DNA of 64,000 nt from a phage. This document shows positions 1-9,193 of this stretch, in pieces; within the stretch, counting starts at the first letter, position 1, and the number at the start of each line of letters is the position of its first letter. The translations under genes and the position numbers were made by a program. The notes below the pieces were generated by a model, which made no database searches, was not told the DNA's origin, and saw nothing but the letters and a program-made list of their open reading frames with translations. Where the stretch lies: sequence record PZ168832.1; one strand, given 5' to 3'.

Positions 1-354
1 ATTATTAGAACTCATTGATGTAAAGATTTCTGCACCAGAACGGTTTTCACCAATCAGGTTAATAAAGCCGCCAGTTGAACGAGGCTGAACGAAAGTGAAA
101 CGTTGCATCCACGGAGTGCGGTTGGCACCTTTCCCTGTGAATCCTTGAATCTGAATATTCAGGCCTTCTTGCTCGTTCACACCGATGTAAGTGGTAATTG
201 TTGCGCCAGTCGTCGCTGCGGTCTTGCCGTCCATCGCTTCGCAATCGTAAACAGCGATTGAATCGGAAGTACGGACAGCGGCTTCAGTCGCTTCCATATA
301 CATGGTTCCGAGAATAGCAGTTGCGGCAAGCGCGATTCCAGTGATGCGTTTCAT
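1..354 (-). CDS. secreted hypothetical protein (3' end cut by window edge)
   Basis: Not in the ORF track because it runs off the edge. Minus-strand ATG at 352-354 follows an AGAGGAAA SD. N-terminus MKRITGIALAATAILGTMYMEATEAA looks like a Sec signal peptide. Frame stays open to base 1. Confidence 0.55.
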   Translation of the reverse strand, partial: MKRITGIALAATAILGTMYMEATEAAVRTSDSIAVYDCEAMDGKTAATTGATITTYIGVNEQEGLNIQIQGFTGKGANRTPWMQRFTFVQPRSTGGFINLIGENRSGAEIFTSMSSNN

Positions 355-419
355 TTTCGTTTCCTCTATGATTTCTGCTTCAATGATTAAAGTATACGCC
401 CATTGAAGCAGAAAGCAAA

Positions 420-1415
420 TTATTTATTAGCAATATAAGCAAATTTTTGATAGTTATTTGCTTTGATGAGTTTTTCAACTTCAACAAGGTCATGAGCTAC
501 GTCATCAAGCAAGATGTTGCGCCATGTAGCGAATCGGCCAACACTGAATACGTTCAAATCCATAGTCAGCTGGAGCAGTAAGGCGTGTCGCAAGTCTTTC
601 GGAATGTCGACAATCTTGCCATATTTCTGGTCGACCTTTTCAACTTCTTCAAGAGCAATGTCACTCCATGAGAGGCCAAAGGCTGTCAATACTTCGTCAA
701 CTTCTGCACGCAACTTAATGTCACGGTAACGAGTGATGCCGCCAGCGGCTTCAATTGCGGCTTCACTTACGCTAACCAAAGGAATTGTTTCAATGATCAA
801 TGTGTCGCCAGTGATTGATGCGCGGTAAGTTCTGACGGAGTAGTCAGGAAAGTAAATGGTTTGATACAGTTCACACTTGCGTTTAATCTTAAAGCGGTAA
901 ACACGAATGTTTGCCTTGTCGAATGAGAAATCAATCTTTTGATCAATCCCAGCAAGCTTCATTATGACTGGCAGCGGCGATGTGTTGATGATTGGCGTCT
1001 CGCTATAGCCGCAAAGAGTATCAACAGGAGTATTAAAGAATATGCGGTCACCCAGTTTGTCGACAAGCTGATCATAAAAGTCATCAGGCGCAATATAACG
1101 CGTTGCAGTTTTAAGCTTCATGATTGAACGGCTGCCAAACTGATTGGTGACCTTCATGGAATACATGTTGGCAAGGTTGATTGGGCAATGGTCGTGGTAG
1201 TAGTTGCCGCGAAAATACACAGCCTTGTCAACTGTCACTGCCTTAAAAGGGATTCCGGTAATACGGCTTACTTCTTCGCCGCGAAAGCGTAGCAGCGCCT
1301 TGTGCTGTGGCGCTCGCTCCCCTGCTTCGTACACAATAGAGTTCGGGAAGTGACACGCGGTAATAAGTCCTGCCAAACCGCCGCCGATAATCATTACAGG
1401 TTGTTTCATGTTCAT
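420..1415 (-). CDS. FAD/NAD(P)-binding oxidoreductase-like protein
   Basis: 331-aa ORF with N-terminal Rossmann fingerprint VMIIGGGLAGLITA (GxGxxG). AAGGA SD. The start could instead be Met3 (1409). Confidence 0.7.
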   Translation of the reverse strand: MNMKQPVMIIGGGLAGLITACHFPNSIVYEAGERAPQHKALLRFRGEEVSRITGIPFKAVTVDKAVYFRGNYYHDHCPINLANMYSMKVTNQFGSRSIMKLKTATRYIAPDDFYDQLVDKLGDRIFFNTPVDTLCGYSETPIINTSPLPVIMKLAGIDQKIDFSFDKANIRVYRFKIKRKCELYQTIYFPDYSVRTYRASITGDTLIIETIPLVSVSEAAIEAAGGITRYRDIKLRAEVDEVLTAFGLSWSDIALEEVEKVDQKYGKIVDIPKDLRHALLLQLTMDLNVFSVGRFATWRNILLDDVAHDLVEVEKLIKANNYQKFAYIANK

Positions 1416-1493
1416 TTGTCCTTTGTGGGTGATATGAGAAGTATAATAGCTAAATTATTTTACAGCAACAAGTCATTTCTATTTAGTACAGAC

Positions 1494-1521
1494 GAAAAAA
1501 GACCCACAACAAGTGTGGGTC
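1494..1521 (-). terminator. rho-independent terminator after the KAE-rich gene
   Basis: Minus-strand hairpin GACCCACA-CTTGT-TGTGGGTC followed by TTTTTT. Confidence 0.75.
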
Positions 1522-1549
1522 AATTACCGCTATATAACCGTCCTACAGG

Positions 1550-2389
1550 TTATTCCGCTTGATCACCGTCTTCGGCATTGTCGTTGGATTCAACATCGAC
1601 AAACTCGATGTGTCCCATCTCTTCCAGCTTGCTCAGGTAGGAGCGAACGGAAGCGCCAAACAGTTGATCTTTAACTTTCTCGCCCAGCTCATCGATAGAC
1701 TGTGCCACGCCAACTTCGCCTTCTTTGATCGCCGCCAGAACGCGTCCACGGGTGGAATGCTCTTGCGGCTGGCTCAGGCCATTGCCAGTGTAGATGAAGT
1801 GAGTGGCTTTTGCACGACGCTGACCGTTTGCCTTTTTAGCAGCCTTGCGCTCTGCGATAGCTTTGCGACGTTCTTCAGCTTCTTTCTTACGCTGTTCTTT
1901 CTGCTGTTCCGCAGCTTCTTTCGCCGCAATCTTAGCAGCTTCACGCTCTGCCTTGCGTTTCGCCTTGGCTTCTTCTTTGGCCTTCTCTTTTTCGGCCTTC
2001 GCTGCAGCACGGGCTTGATCACGCTCTGCTTTCTTAGCAGCAGCCTGCTCTGCTTTCAGGCGCTTGGCTTCTTCTTTAGCCTTTGCCTTTTCGATTTCTT
2101 TTGCTGCTTTAGCGGCTTCACGCTCTGCTTTCTTAGCAGCAGCCTTTTCTGCACGCTCTTTAGCTTTCTTAGCTGCTTCTTCAGCACGCTTCTGAGCCTT
2201 CTCATCAGCAGCCTGTTTGCGCTTCAGCGCGGCTTCTTCACGCTTGGCTTGTTTTTCCTGCTCACGCTTCTGGCGTTTTTCTTCGGCTTCTTTCTTTTTA
2301 GCCAGGCGTTTTTCTTCAGCCACGCGACGACGTTCTGCTGCGGCTGCTTGTTTTTCTTCTTTAGATAATACTTTGATTGCTTCGGCCAT
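1550..2389 (-). CDS. Lys/Ala/Glu-rich charged-helix protein with a globular C-terminal domain
   Basis: About 200 aa of K/A/E/R low complexity (AEEKRLAKKKEAEEKRQKREQEKQAKREEAALKRK...), then a non-repetitive C-terminus (...RVLAAIKEGEVGVAQSIDELGEKV...SYLSKLEEMGHIEF). AAGGA SD sits 8 nt before ATG 2389; the ORF track starts at GTG 2395. Confidence 0.65.
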   Translation of the reverse strand: MAEAIKVLSKEEKQAAAAERRRVAEEKRLAKKKEAEEKRQKREQEKQAKREEAALKRKQAADEKAQKRAEEAAKKAKERAEKAAAKKAEREAAKAAKEIEKAKAKEEAKRLKAEQAAAKKAERDQARAAAKAEKEKAKEEAKAKRKAEREAAKIAAKEAAEQQKEQRKKEAEERRKAIAERKAAKKANGQRRAKATHFIYTGNGLSQPQEHSTRGRVLAAIKEGEVGVAQSIDELGEKVKDQLFGASVRSYLSKLEEMGHIEFVDVESNDNAEDGDQAE

Positions 2390-2548
2390 ATTCACAGTCC
2401 TTAAATAAATTAGTTTATTTTATATTCCCCGTTTGGGATAACTTAATTATGCCTTCAGTCGCCGCCAGTAGCAACTAAAAACTATGGCGGCAATGCCACT
2501 TTAATTAAACTGATTTTCAGTTTTATTTTTCGTAAATTTACGTCAACA

Positions 2549-3733
2549 TTAACGCGCTTTCAAATCACGGTACACGGTCAGATTCTTCTTAGCACGGGTG
2601 ATAGCGGTGTACATCATCTTGGAGTACGGAACGCCGCGCAGGATTTCTTCCAGCACGCACACGTTGTCCCACTCGCTGCCTTGCGATTTGTGGACCGTGA
2701 TTACATAGCCATAGTCCATCCCGCCAACAGCGCGTTGAGCCTCTTTGCGCACTTCCTGATCAGTAGAGAAGGAAAGAGGATTAATCTTAACCTTTATATC
2801 TTTGCCATCGGTAAGCGAGCGCAAATTGACATACATGATTTCATTGGACTCGTCTTCGTCCCTTTCAAAGTCCGGCACTGGCTCATAGCTAATAACAATC
2901 CCTTGCTCGCCATTACAGAATCCTGGGCCGTGTTGGTTGAAGGTGCAAATAACCTTCTCGCCGATTCCTGGCATTGGCGTTATACGTCCGCTCACTTGCC
3001 GTAATAATGAATTCCATTTGTCTTTGGTGCTATTATAGGAGCAAATAATTTGATCATCTTCGCCCATGAATTTCTTCAATGCAGTAACGCGCGGCGATTC
3101 TGCCAACACTTTGACGTCATCATATTCACGCGGAGGAAGGCGGTTGCCTTGGCGCACGAAGAAGGAGGCGCGGATAATGTTGGACTCTTTCCCTTGCCGC
3201 ATGATTTCTGTTAACAGTACGTCAACGGCTTCTTCGGTAAAGTAGGCGGCGGCTTTTACCGGAGGGACTTGTCCAATGTCGCCTAATGCCAGGACAGGGA
3301 TGCGGTGATCAAGAAGGCGCTCTGTGTCCCACTCGCCAACCATCGACGCTTCATCGAGTACAACAAGGTGCGGCCTTTCATCCAGCTTTGACTTTCTCGA
3401 AAAGATTGGCTCATTGTCGTCATTTACGCCGCGCACGTTATAGATGAACTGGTGAAGGGTCTTAGCGCCACGACAGCCTTTTTGCTTTAATCGGCTTGCA
3501 GCCTTTCCGGTCGGCGCAATATAGATAGCGCCGTACTCACCGACACAGCGGCGCACAATCTCGCGAGCAATAGAGGTTTTACCAGTCCCTGCATAGCCAG
3601 CGATGAAAAACACGCGCTTCGTCGTTTTACCGTCCTGCAATCGCTTGTACCATGCAACGGCTTTCTCGATGGCGTCGATTTGTTGCGCGTTAAACTGAAT
3701 CACTGGCTCATCATTAAATTCTGGAATGTTCAT
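2549..3733 (-). CDS. Dda/RecD-like SF1 DNA helicase
   Basis: Walker A GYAGTGKTS, Walker B VVLDEASMV, C-terminal ITVHKSQGSEWDNV. GGAG SD. Confidence 0.85.
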   Translation of the reverse strand: MNIPEFNDEPVIQFNAQQIDAIEKAVAWYKRLQDGKTTKRVFFIAGYAGTGKTSIAREIVRRCVGEYGAIYIAPTGKAASRLKQKGCRGAKTLHQFIYNVRGVNDDNEPIFSRKSKLDERPHLVVLDEASMVGEWDTERLLDHRIPVLALGDIGQVPPVKAAAYFTEEAVDVLLTEIMRQGKESNIIRASFFVRQGNRLPPREYDDVKVLAESPRVTALKKFMGEDDQIICSYNSTKDKWNSLLRQVSGRITPMPGIGEKVICTFNQHGPGFCNGEQGIVISYEPVPDFERDEDESNEIMYVNLRSLTDGKDIKVKINPLSFSTDQEVRKEAQRAVGGMDYGYVITVHKSQGSEWDNVCVLEEILRGVPYSKMMYTAITRAKKNLTVYRDLKAR

Positions 3734-4059
3734 TATAACTCCACTACGCTTTCAAGGTCCAGATATACTGGAATAAAATGGCAATCTTCTTTTCGTTCAA
3801 ACATCTCACCATCAACATGGCTGAAGAAAACAGTTGTGTTTGGTATCTTCCATCCTTTCTCGTCGCGCACTAAGTACGCCATGGATTCAACAGGGATGTA
3901 CAGCGATACCGGATTCGCGGCAAAAATAAATTTGATTCTGTCTGGTTGACCCAGGAATCGCATGATTGTTAGGCTTGAATTCAATCTTGTATTAAGGAAG
4001 GACTCAACGATTCCGACGTGTGTTGCACGCTCGCGTTGCTTCGTCTCTTTTTCGTTCAT
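3733..4059 (-). CDS. hypothetical protein
   Basis: 108-aa ORF. Its stop overlaps the helicase start, suggesting coupled translation. Confidence 0.55.
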   Translation of the reverse strand: MNEKETKQRERATHVGIVESFLNTRLNSSLTIMRFLGQPDRIKFIFAANPVSLYIPVESMAYLVRDEKGWKIPNTTVFFSHVDGEMFERKEDCHFIPVYLDLESVVEL

Positions 4060-4162
4060 TTCAGGCGACCTTTGTTAGTGCGGAAATATTTTTTGATAGT
4101 ATAATTGCAGATATAGTATAAAGCAAAGTAAATCGAAATTGTGAACTAAATGGTAAATATTG

Positions 4163-4190
4163 TTGACTTTGTATCACTCAATATTATACT
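4163..4190 (+). promoter_or_regulatory. sigma70-like promoter for the rightward replication/early block
   Basis: TTGACT (4163-4168), 16 nt spacer, TATACT (4185-4190). Lies 30 nt upstream of ATG 4220 in a divergent intergenic region. Confidence 0.6.
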
Positions 4191-4219
4191 GCAGGTATTG
4201 ATTACCGAAGGAAAGAAAG

Positions 4220-5302
4220 ATGGCTAGTTTAAGAGAAGAAGCAAAAATAATTGAAGAGTTTTTAACAGAACTCCAAAGAGGCATCCCAGAAGATGAGCGC
4301 GTCATGACGGTGTTTGCTCCTGAAGCAACGGTACAGACCGACGAGCGCGGCAAGAAGATCAACAGCAGCTTCTGGCCTAAGCCTTGGAAGTTGGGCAAGC
4401 CGCTCATGCAGCACCAAAACGGCTATGCGTGCATCAGTTCAATGCGTAAGTCTCCCAACCCAAAGACGGGTGAGATGCGATACTGGCGTACAGAGTCGGC
4501 CTTTGGTCACGGTATGGCGATGATGGTCGACGACATCGGCCACGGTAAAGGGTCCAAAGGCGATTTAGATTTGGAATTCTTTTTCGAGCGACTGAAGCCG
4601 ACTGTCATTGTCGAGACGTCACCGAACAACCACCAGCTTTGGTACTTCTTTAAAGAGCCGATTGACCATCTTATTCAGTTCAAAGCATTCCTTGGGTCTT
4701 TCGTAAACATGGTACTCAAGAAGGGCGGCGACAATACGATTAAAGACGTGACGCGCGTGGGCCGTGTTCCTGGGTGCATCAACAACAAGCGTGTGACTCA
4801 CGACGGCCCCTATAAATATGTCGATGAGAACGGCGACCCGTTCCGCTGCCGACTTGTCCATGCAGACTACTCCTTGCGCTACACCATCGAAGACATCTGT
4901 CAGGCATTTGGCTTTCACGTCGTTATGTCGCAAAAGCGTGAGATTCAAATTGACGTCGATGAATACAAGTACGATGCTGTTTGGTATAAAATAGCCCAGC
5001 AGATTCTAGCGCGCAACAAAATGGGTGAAGGGTCTGATGGCGACGTCATCGAGAACATGTCAGGCAAGTGCCGCATAATCTGTCCTTGGGGTGAAGAACA
5101 CACCAACGGCGACCCGTATGGCGCTTATTTTCGCGGCCCCATCCCTGGTGCTGAACATGAATTCGTTTTCGGTTGCGCTCACGACTGTCACCGGAAAGGG
5201 GAAGGCAAGAAAGGTTGGACCGCTTTTGTTGAAGCAGTAGTCATGCCTTATATTGAGAATCAACTTGATATGATAAATCGTCGCGCAGGTGGCATAAAAT
5301 AG
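4220..5302 (+). CDS. archaeo-eukaryotic-primase (AEP) type primase-polymerase
   Basis: Motifs MMVDDIGHG (DxD), SPNNHQLWYFF and GRVPGCINNK match the AEP/prim-pol pattern. C-terminal Cys/His cluster CRIICPWGEEH...GCAHDCH. Confidence 0.7.
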   Translation: MASLREEAKIIEEFLTELQRGIPEDERVMTVFAPEATVQTDERGKKINSSFWPKPWKLGKPLMQHQNGYACISSMRKSPNPKTGEMRYWRTESAFGHGMAMMVDDIGHGKGSKGDLDLEFFFERLKPTVIVETSPNNHQLWYFFKEPIDHLIQFKAFLGSFVNMVLKKGGDNTIKDVTRVGRVPGCINNKRVTHDGPYKYVDENGDPFRCRLVHADYSLRYTIEDICQAFGFHVVMSQKREIQIDVDEYKYDAVWYKIAQQILARNKMGEGSDGDVIENMSGKCRIICPWGEEHTNGDPYGAYFRGPIPGAEHEFVFGCAHDCHRKGEGKKGWTAFVEAVVMPYIENQLDMINRRAGGIK

Positions 5303-5303
5303 T

Positions 5304-5331
5304 TTGCTTTTATTTTCATAGCAACTATAAT
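5304..5331 (+). promoter_or_regulatory. sigma70-like promoter
   Basis: TTGCTT, 16 nt spacer, TATAAT. Confidence 0.5.
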
Positions 5332-5360
5332 CATTTTATGAACTGAAGCAGAGGTGATTT

Positions 5361-5507
5361 ATGCAAAGCGAAGAATTGAACATCGAGGTTGAATGTCTGT
5401 TAAAGTCGTTAGAACATAAACCAGTAGAGCTTCCGACCCTTCAAGGAGTCATGGCTCACCATCAAGCGGCTGCGGCCAAACACTACTCTGAATTTGTTAA
5501 GGAATAA
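5361..5507 (+). CDS. hypothetical small protein (48 aa)
   Basis: Below the ORF-track cutoff. GAGGTG SD. MQSEELNIEVECLLKSLEH...; fills the gap before 5510. Confidence 0.45.
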   Translation: MQSEELNIEVECLLKSLEHKPVELPTLQGVMAHHQAAAAKHYSEFVKE

Positions 5508-5509
5508 AA

Positions 5510-5800
5510 ATGAACGAACCAAAAATGATGACCGTTGAAGAAGCGCAAAAGCTTCGTGTTGAAAACGAGCTTAAGCTTGTCAACCAGATTCTCCCCTTGT
5601 TTGCAGGCTACGCAGTGGAGGAAGTTGTTGGGGCAATCCTTAACGTATCCACACATGTCGCTATGAATCTTCAGGCCGAACGATTCAATACGCTGCTGAC
5701 TATTAAAAACCTTACGGTCAGTGCAACGTTCACCGTTGAGCCAGTCAATTTTGACGAAGCTGCAGCCGCGATTCAACAACAGCGAGATCAAGAGGTGTAG
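5510..5800 (+). CDS. hypothetical protein
   Basis: 96-aa ORF with AAGGAA SD. Confidence 0.55.
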   Translation: MNEPKMMTVEEAQKLRVENELKLVNQILPLFAGYAVEEVVGAILNVSTHVAMNLQAERFNTLLTIKNLTVSATFTVEPVNFDEAAAAIQQQRDQEV

Positions 5801-5801
5801 C

Positions 5802-6065
5802 ATGGGTGCTTTCCGTAACGAGTTCACCTGGAACGTTACCAGAAATCTCTCGACTTGTCCTAACTGTGCAAGCGATGTTATCAAGGTGCGGCAGCATCGC
5901 AACGCGGAGGAAGGTGCCTGGGAAGATGGCGACCTTGTAGAGTGCCAGTGCTGCTCTCATGAAGGCGTTGTGGAGCTTTACGCTGGCGAAGGTTGCCCAC
6001 CAGCAGAGCGCACAGCACGCGTTGAATGGGATGCAACAGACTCCATTGGTGATCCTCAACAGTAA
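5802..6065 (+). CDS. hypothetical Cys-rich (zinc-ribbon-like) protein
   Basis: Internal ATG of ORF 5721-6065 with AGAGGTG SD. CPNC...CQCC pairs. Confidence 0.55.
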   Translation: MGAFRNEFTWNVTRNLSTCPNCASDVIKVRQHRNAEEGAWEDGDLVECQCCSHEGVVELYAGEGCPPAERTARVEWDATDSIGDPQQ

Positions 6066-6083
6066 ATTTAGGTATAGATACTT

Positions 6084-6188
6084 ATGAAAGCCGTAAAGAA
6101 ATACACATTAATCATTTCCCTTGTCATCATCCTGGGGCTATTATATGTATTGGATATGGCATATTATTTGGCAGGGGTGAGTGGATGA
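6084..6188 (+). CDS. hypothetical small membrane protein (34 aa)
   Basis: MKAVKKYTLIISLVIILGLLYVLDMAYYLAGVSG. ATGA overlap with the next gene; weak SD. Confidence 0.4.
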   Translation: MKAVKKYTLIISLVIILGLLYVLDMAYYLAGVSG

Positions 6189-6475
6189 ATATTGTAATTC
6201 TTTATGGTGAAAATATCAGCGATGACGACATCGAAGTTGCCGTTGATGTTTACGGTATCGATGAGGTGAAACGTGTTGAAGAAATTAGTGGCGCAAATCT
6301 CAATGAGATTGTCAAAGAAGCTGGCTGCCCTTCGGAAGAGATTCTGGTGGTTACTAACGATGACCTGTCTTCTATGGATCATTTGCGCCGCATCTTCACC
6401 GATTGCCAATACCTTCATGCTGTTCAATCAGTAAACAAATTGAGAAAGGCATACGCCAACCAATTTCCTTGCTGA
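6185..6475 (+). CDS. hypothetical protein
   Basis: 96-aa ORF with GGGGTGAG SD. Confidence 0.55.
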   Translation: MNIVILYGENISDDDIEVAVDVYGIDEVKRVEEISGANLNEIVKEAGCPSEEILVVTNDDLSSMDHLRRIFTDCQYLHAVQSVNKLRKAYANQFPC

Positions 6476-6525
6476 TAGTTCACCAGTTATATTGCTTTAA
6501 ATTGAGTTTTACTATATTAATATAC

Positions 6526-6552
6526 AACGCCAGATTTCTGGCGTTTATTTAC
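6526..6552 (+). terminator. rho-independent terminator
   Basis: ACGCCAG-ATTT-CTGGCGT hairpin followed by TTATTTA. Confidence 0.6.
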
Positions 6553-6611
6553 CGCACCCTGAAAGGATATATCCATGCAACAATATAACAAAGCCGTATC
6601 AGGAGGATTAA

Positions 6612-8282
6612 ATGTCAATTGAACATGACAATCTTCCAGAGGATACAGGTGATGAATTTGGTGCAATCTTTGACGAAATTCAAGACGCTGGTGTTTCAGA
6701 AGAAATGCAAGCAGCAGAGCAGCAAGGCACCAGAGCTAAAATAAGCCTTCAGCACAAGGCTGTTGAGAAAGATGCAGAGCGCATGGAATGCTACGGTGAA
6801 GAAGACTTGGTTGAAAGGGCACGTTTGCTCGCCTCACTTCAGGTAATCAAGTTCCCTCACTATAAACCGACGAAAGATGATTTTGTTCTTCAGGCGGACC
6901 GGACGAGTGACATGAACCGTTATGCGGTTTTCGACGCGTTGTTTGATAAGGGAAGCGGCGTTGTTCCATTCCCTCACAAAGATACTTTTCGTGGGCGCTT
7001 AGTCGACCATCGCGGCGAAACATTCACCGACCGGACGTTGGAAGTCACAGAGATAGTTGCCGCTGTCGACGCAGCAGGCCTGTCCAACCCAAACTCACGG
7101 CAGGTCGCTCAATCCTATAAGGAATGGGCCATGCGTTATCAGCGCGACGACCTGATGGACTTCTTCTACAAGAAGCTGCCTGAATGGGACGGTACTGCGC
7201 GCATTGAGAAATACCTTATCGAGCTATTCCGACCGTTCGATACAGAGTTAAACCGACAAATCGGTGTGTATTTTTGGCTATCGCTCTATAACCGCCTGAC
7301 CAACCCTGGCTGTCAAGCGCCAATATCCATTGCGCTCATCGGCGGCCAGAACGCAGGGAAGAGTTATTTTAGTAAGCTGCTTTGCGAAGCTATTATGAAC
7401 GACCGCCACGCAACACCGATTCCGTTGAACTTGGCCGCGCAAAACTTCAACCCGTTCTTGCGAGCTATTACGGGTCGCTCAATTATCGCGAACGTTGGCG
7501 AGATGACAGGCTTTAAAAAGGCCGACATCGAAAACATGAAAGCATTCCTGACTAAGACGGAAGATGACCTGGACTTCAAATTTGAAGACACGCAGGTTAA
7601 ACCACGCCAGTGGATTGCGATCATGGACGGCAACGAATACGCAGGCATGCAGCGTGACGACACGGGCAACCGTCGTGTTTACCCTATCTTTGTTGGCCAA
7701 CTTGCTGACAAGGACGGGCAACCGAACTGGTCTAAAGACTTCCAAGCTGACCTTTCCACTTTGAAAGAAGATGTTTGGCAGCTTATGGCTGAGTGCGCTG
7801 CGTGGATGGAGAAGCACGGCGAAGCAGGTTACAACGCCTTTGTTGGTGAAACGTCTCGTATGCTTACTGAGTTCAGCAAGAATGAAATGGAACGCGCTCG
7901 CGGCGTTATCCGTGATGAGATGGTCGACAACGACCTTGTTGAAGTCGTCATTACTGCGCCTTATGACCGACATCACAGCGGACGCTGGCACATCACCAGT
8001 GGTGCAATCGCTATGGGATTCAGAGCTAAGTGCGGCAAGTCGCCTTTCTCACGTACCCTTGCGCCGCACATGTCGAAACTTGGATTTGAGCCTGCAACCT
8101 ATCGCAACCAGCGTGGTTACTTTACGCCGCTGATTAAGAATGAAGCAGGGGAATACATTTCTGACTTGATGACTATCTTGGCGTATCTTATCCGCGACGA
8201 GTCTGACCCTGAAGATATTGAATTCTTGAAGAAGGTTATTGAACGCAAACGTTCTTTAGGAAGAGATAAGGATGAATTCTGA
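6612..8282 (+). CDS. VirE/D5-type primase-associated P-loop NTPase (putative replicative helicase)
   Basis: 556 aa. Walker A LIGGQNAGKSYFSKLL. Sits downstream of the AEP primase. AGGAGG SD. Confidence 0.75.
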   Translation: MSIEHDNLPEDTGDEFGAIFDEIQDAGVSEEMQAAEQQGTRAKISLQHKAVEKDAERMECYGEEDLVERARLLASLQVIKFPHYKPTKDDFVLQADRTSDMNRYAVFDALFDKGSGVVPFPHKDTFRGRLVDHRGETFTDRTLEVTEIVAAVDAAGLSNPNSRQVAQSYKEWAMRYQRDDLMDFFYKKLPEWDGTARIEKYLIELFRPFDTELNRQIGVYFWLSLYNRLTNPGCQAPISIALIGGQNAGKSYFSKLLCEAIMNDRHATPIPLNLAAQNFNPFLRAITGRSIIANVGEMTGFKKADIENMKAFLTKTEDDLDFKFEDTQVKPRQWIAIMDGNEYAGMQRDDTGNRRVYPIFVGQLADKDGQPNWSKDFQADLSTLKEDVWQLMAECAAWMEKHGEAGYNAFVGETSRMLTEFSKNEMERARGVIRDEMVDNDLVEVVITAPYDRHHSGRWHITSGAIAMGFRAKCGKSPFSRTLAPHMSKLGFEPATYRNQRGYFTPLIKNEAGEYISDLMTILAYLIRDESDPEDIEFLKKVIERKRSLGRDKDEF

Positions 8283-8929
8283 TGAATAAAGCAATCAACA
8301 TCGCTAAATTCTTTCAAAATCTCGGTGAACTGAACAAAGAGAGTGACGTTCACGGAGAAGAAATGAACCGGATGATTTCAACCGTGTTGCGTGGTTTTGG
8401 GTACGATAAGGACTCCATCAACTGTAAGCGCACGAAGCTTGTCGATGAGACATACCTTTACTACGTTGAATTGCGCGTAGGGAAAGAGTTGATGATCATC
8501 GACCCTAAATTGGAAGGGGCGCACTGTTTTGGCGCTCACCCTCGTGCGAGTGAATTCAAGGGTCGCGGTCGCAACCGACTCCAGAAGCTTGATGATGCAG
8601 GCGACTTGAACATCTCGATGTTCCTCAAAGAGTTCCTTGCGCTGCCGAAGGTTGCATCCTCAACGGGCCGTGATGACCTGTGCAAGATTGGATTCAGAAC
8701 TAAAGATTTGCGCAATGCGCTACGCAAGAAGGGATTTGTACCTTCTTATGATAACGTCGCCGCGCTGATGGCTTCCATGGAGGAAGCTGAAGCAATGGAT
8801 AAAGTGCGCGGCTATTTCCTGAATACAGGCTACACAATGTATGAGTGGCACACCAAAGGATTGACTGTCGCCGACTTCATCTATTCATTAGAGCAGAAGT
8901 ATGTACGCAATATGCAGGCCACAGGATAA
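8282..8929 (+). CDS. hypothetical protein
   Basis: 215-aa ORF. TGATG overlap with the upstream stop. Confidence 0.6.
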   Translation: MNKAINIAKFFQNLGELNKESDVHGEEMNRMISTVLRGFGYDKDSINCKRTKLVDETYLYYVELRVGKELMIIDPKLEGAHCFGAHPRASEFKGRGRNRLQKLDDAGDLNISMFLKEFLALPKVASSTGRDDLCKIGFRTKDLRNALRKKGFVPSYDNVAALMASMEEAEAMDKVRGYFLNTGYTMYEWHTKGLTVADFIYSLEQKYVRNMQATG

Positions 8930-8968
8930 TTATCATCAAAATATTTGCTTTTCTGACGAGGTGATATT

Positions 8969-9193
8969 ATGATTAACTTAGACAGGATTGAGTTAGCACT
9001 TAGTACCTTAATCAAATATTACCAGTTTGCTTTTAAGGCTAGTTTGTTCGGCTTGTTCAATCCTCATCAAGCAGCAAAGGCGCGAAGCAATGCCAACCGC
9101 CTGCGCTGTACTGGTATAGTTATCCACGACCGGATATTGACAGAGGGTAGATTCAGCCATGAATACACAAGGGAGAATAACAAATCAACGTAG
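8969..9193 (+). CDS. hypothetical protein
   Basis: 74-aa ORF with GAGGTG SD. Confidence 0.4.
   Translation: MINLDRIELALSTLIKYYQFAFKASLFGLFNPHQAAKARSNANRLRCTGIVIHDRILTEGRFSHEYTRENNKST

Noticed and set aside
1559-2368. 269-aa plus-strand ORF.
   Set aside because: It is antisense to the K/A/E-rich gene. Its product is Phe/Leu/Ser/Cys low complexity, a mirror artefact of the GCT/TTC-rich repeat, and it has no SD.
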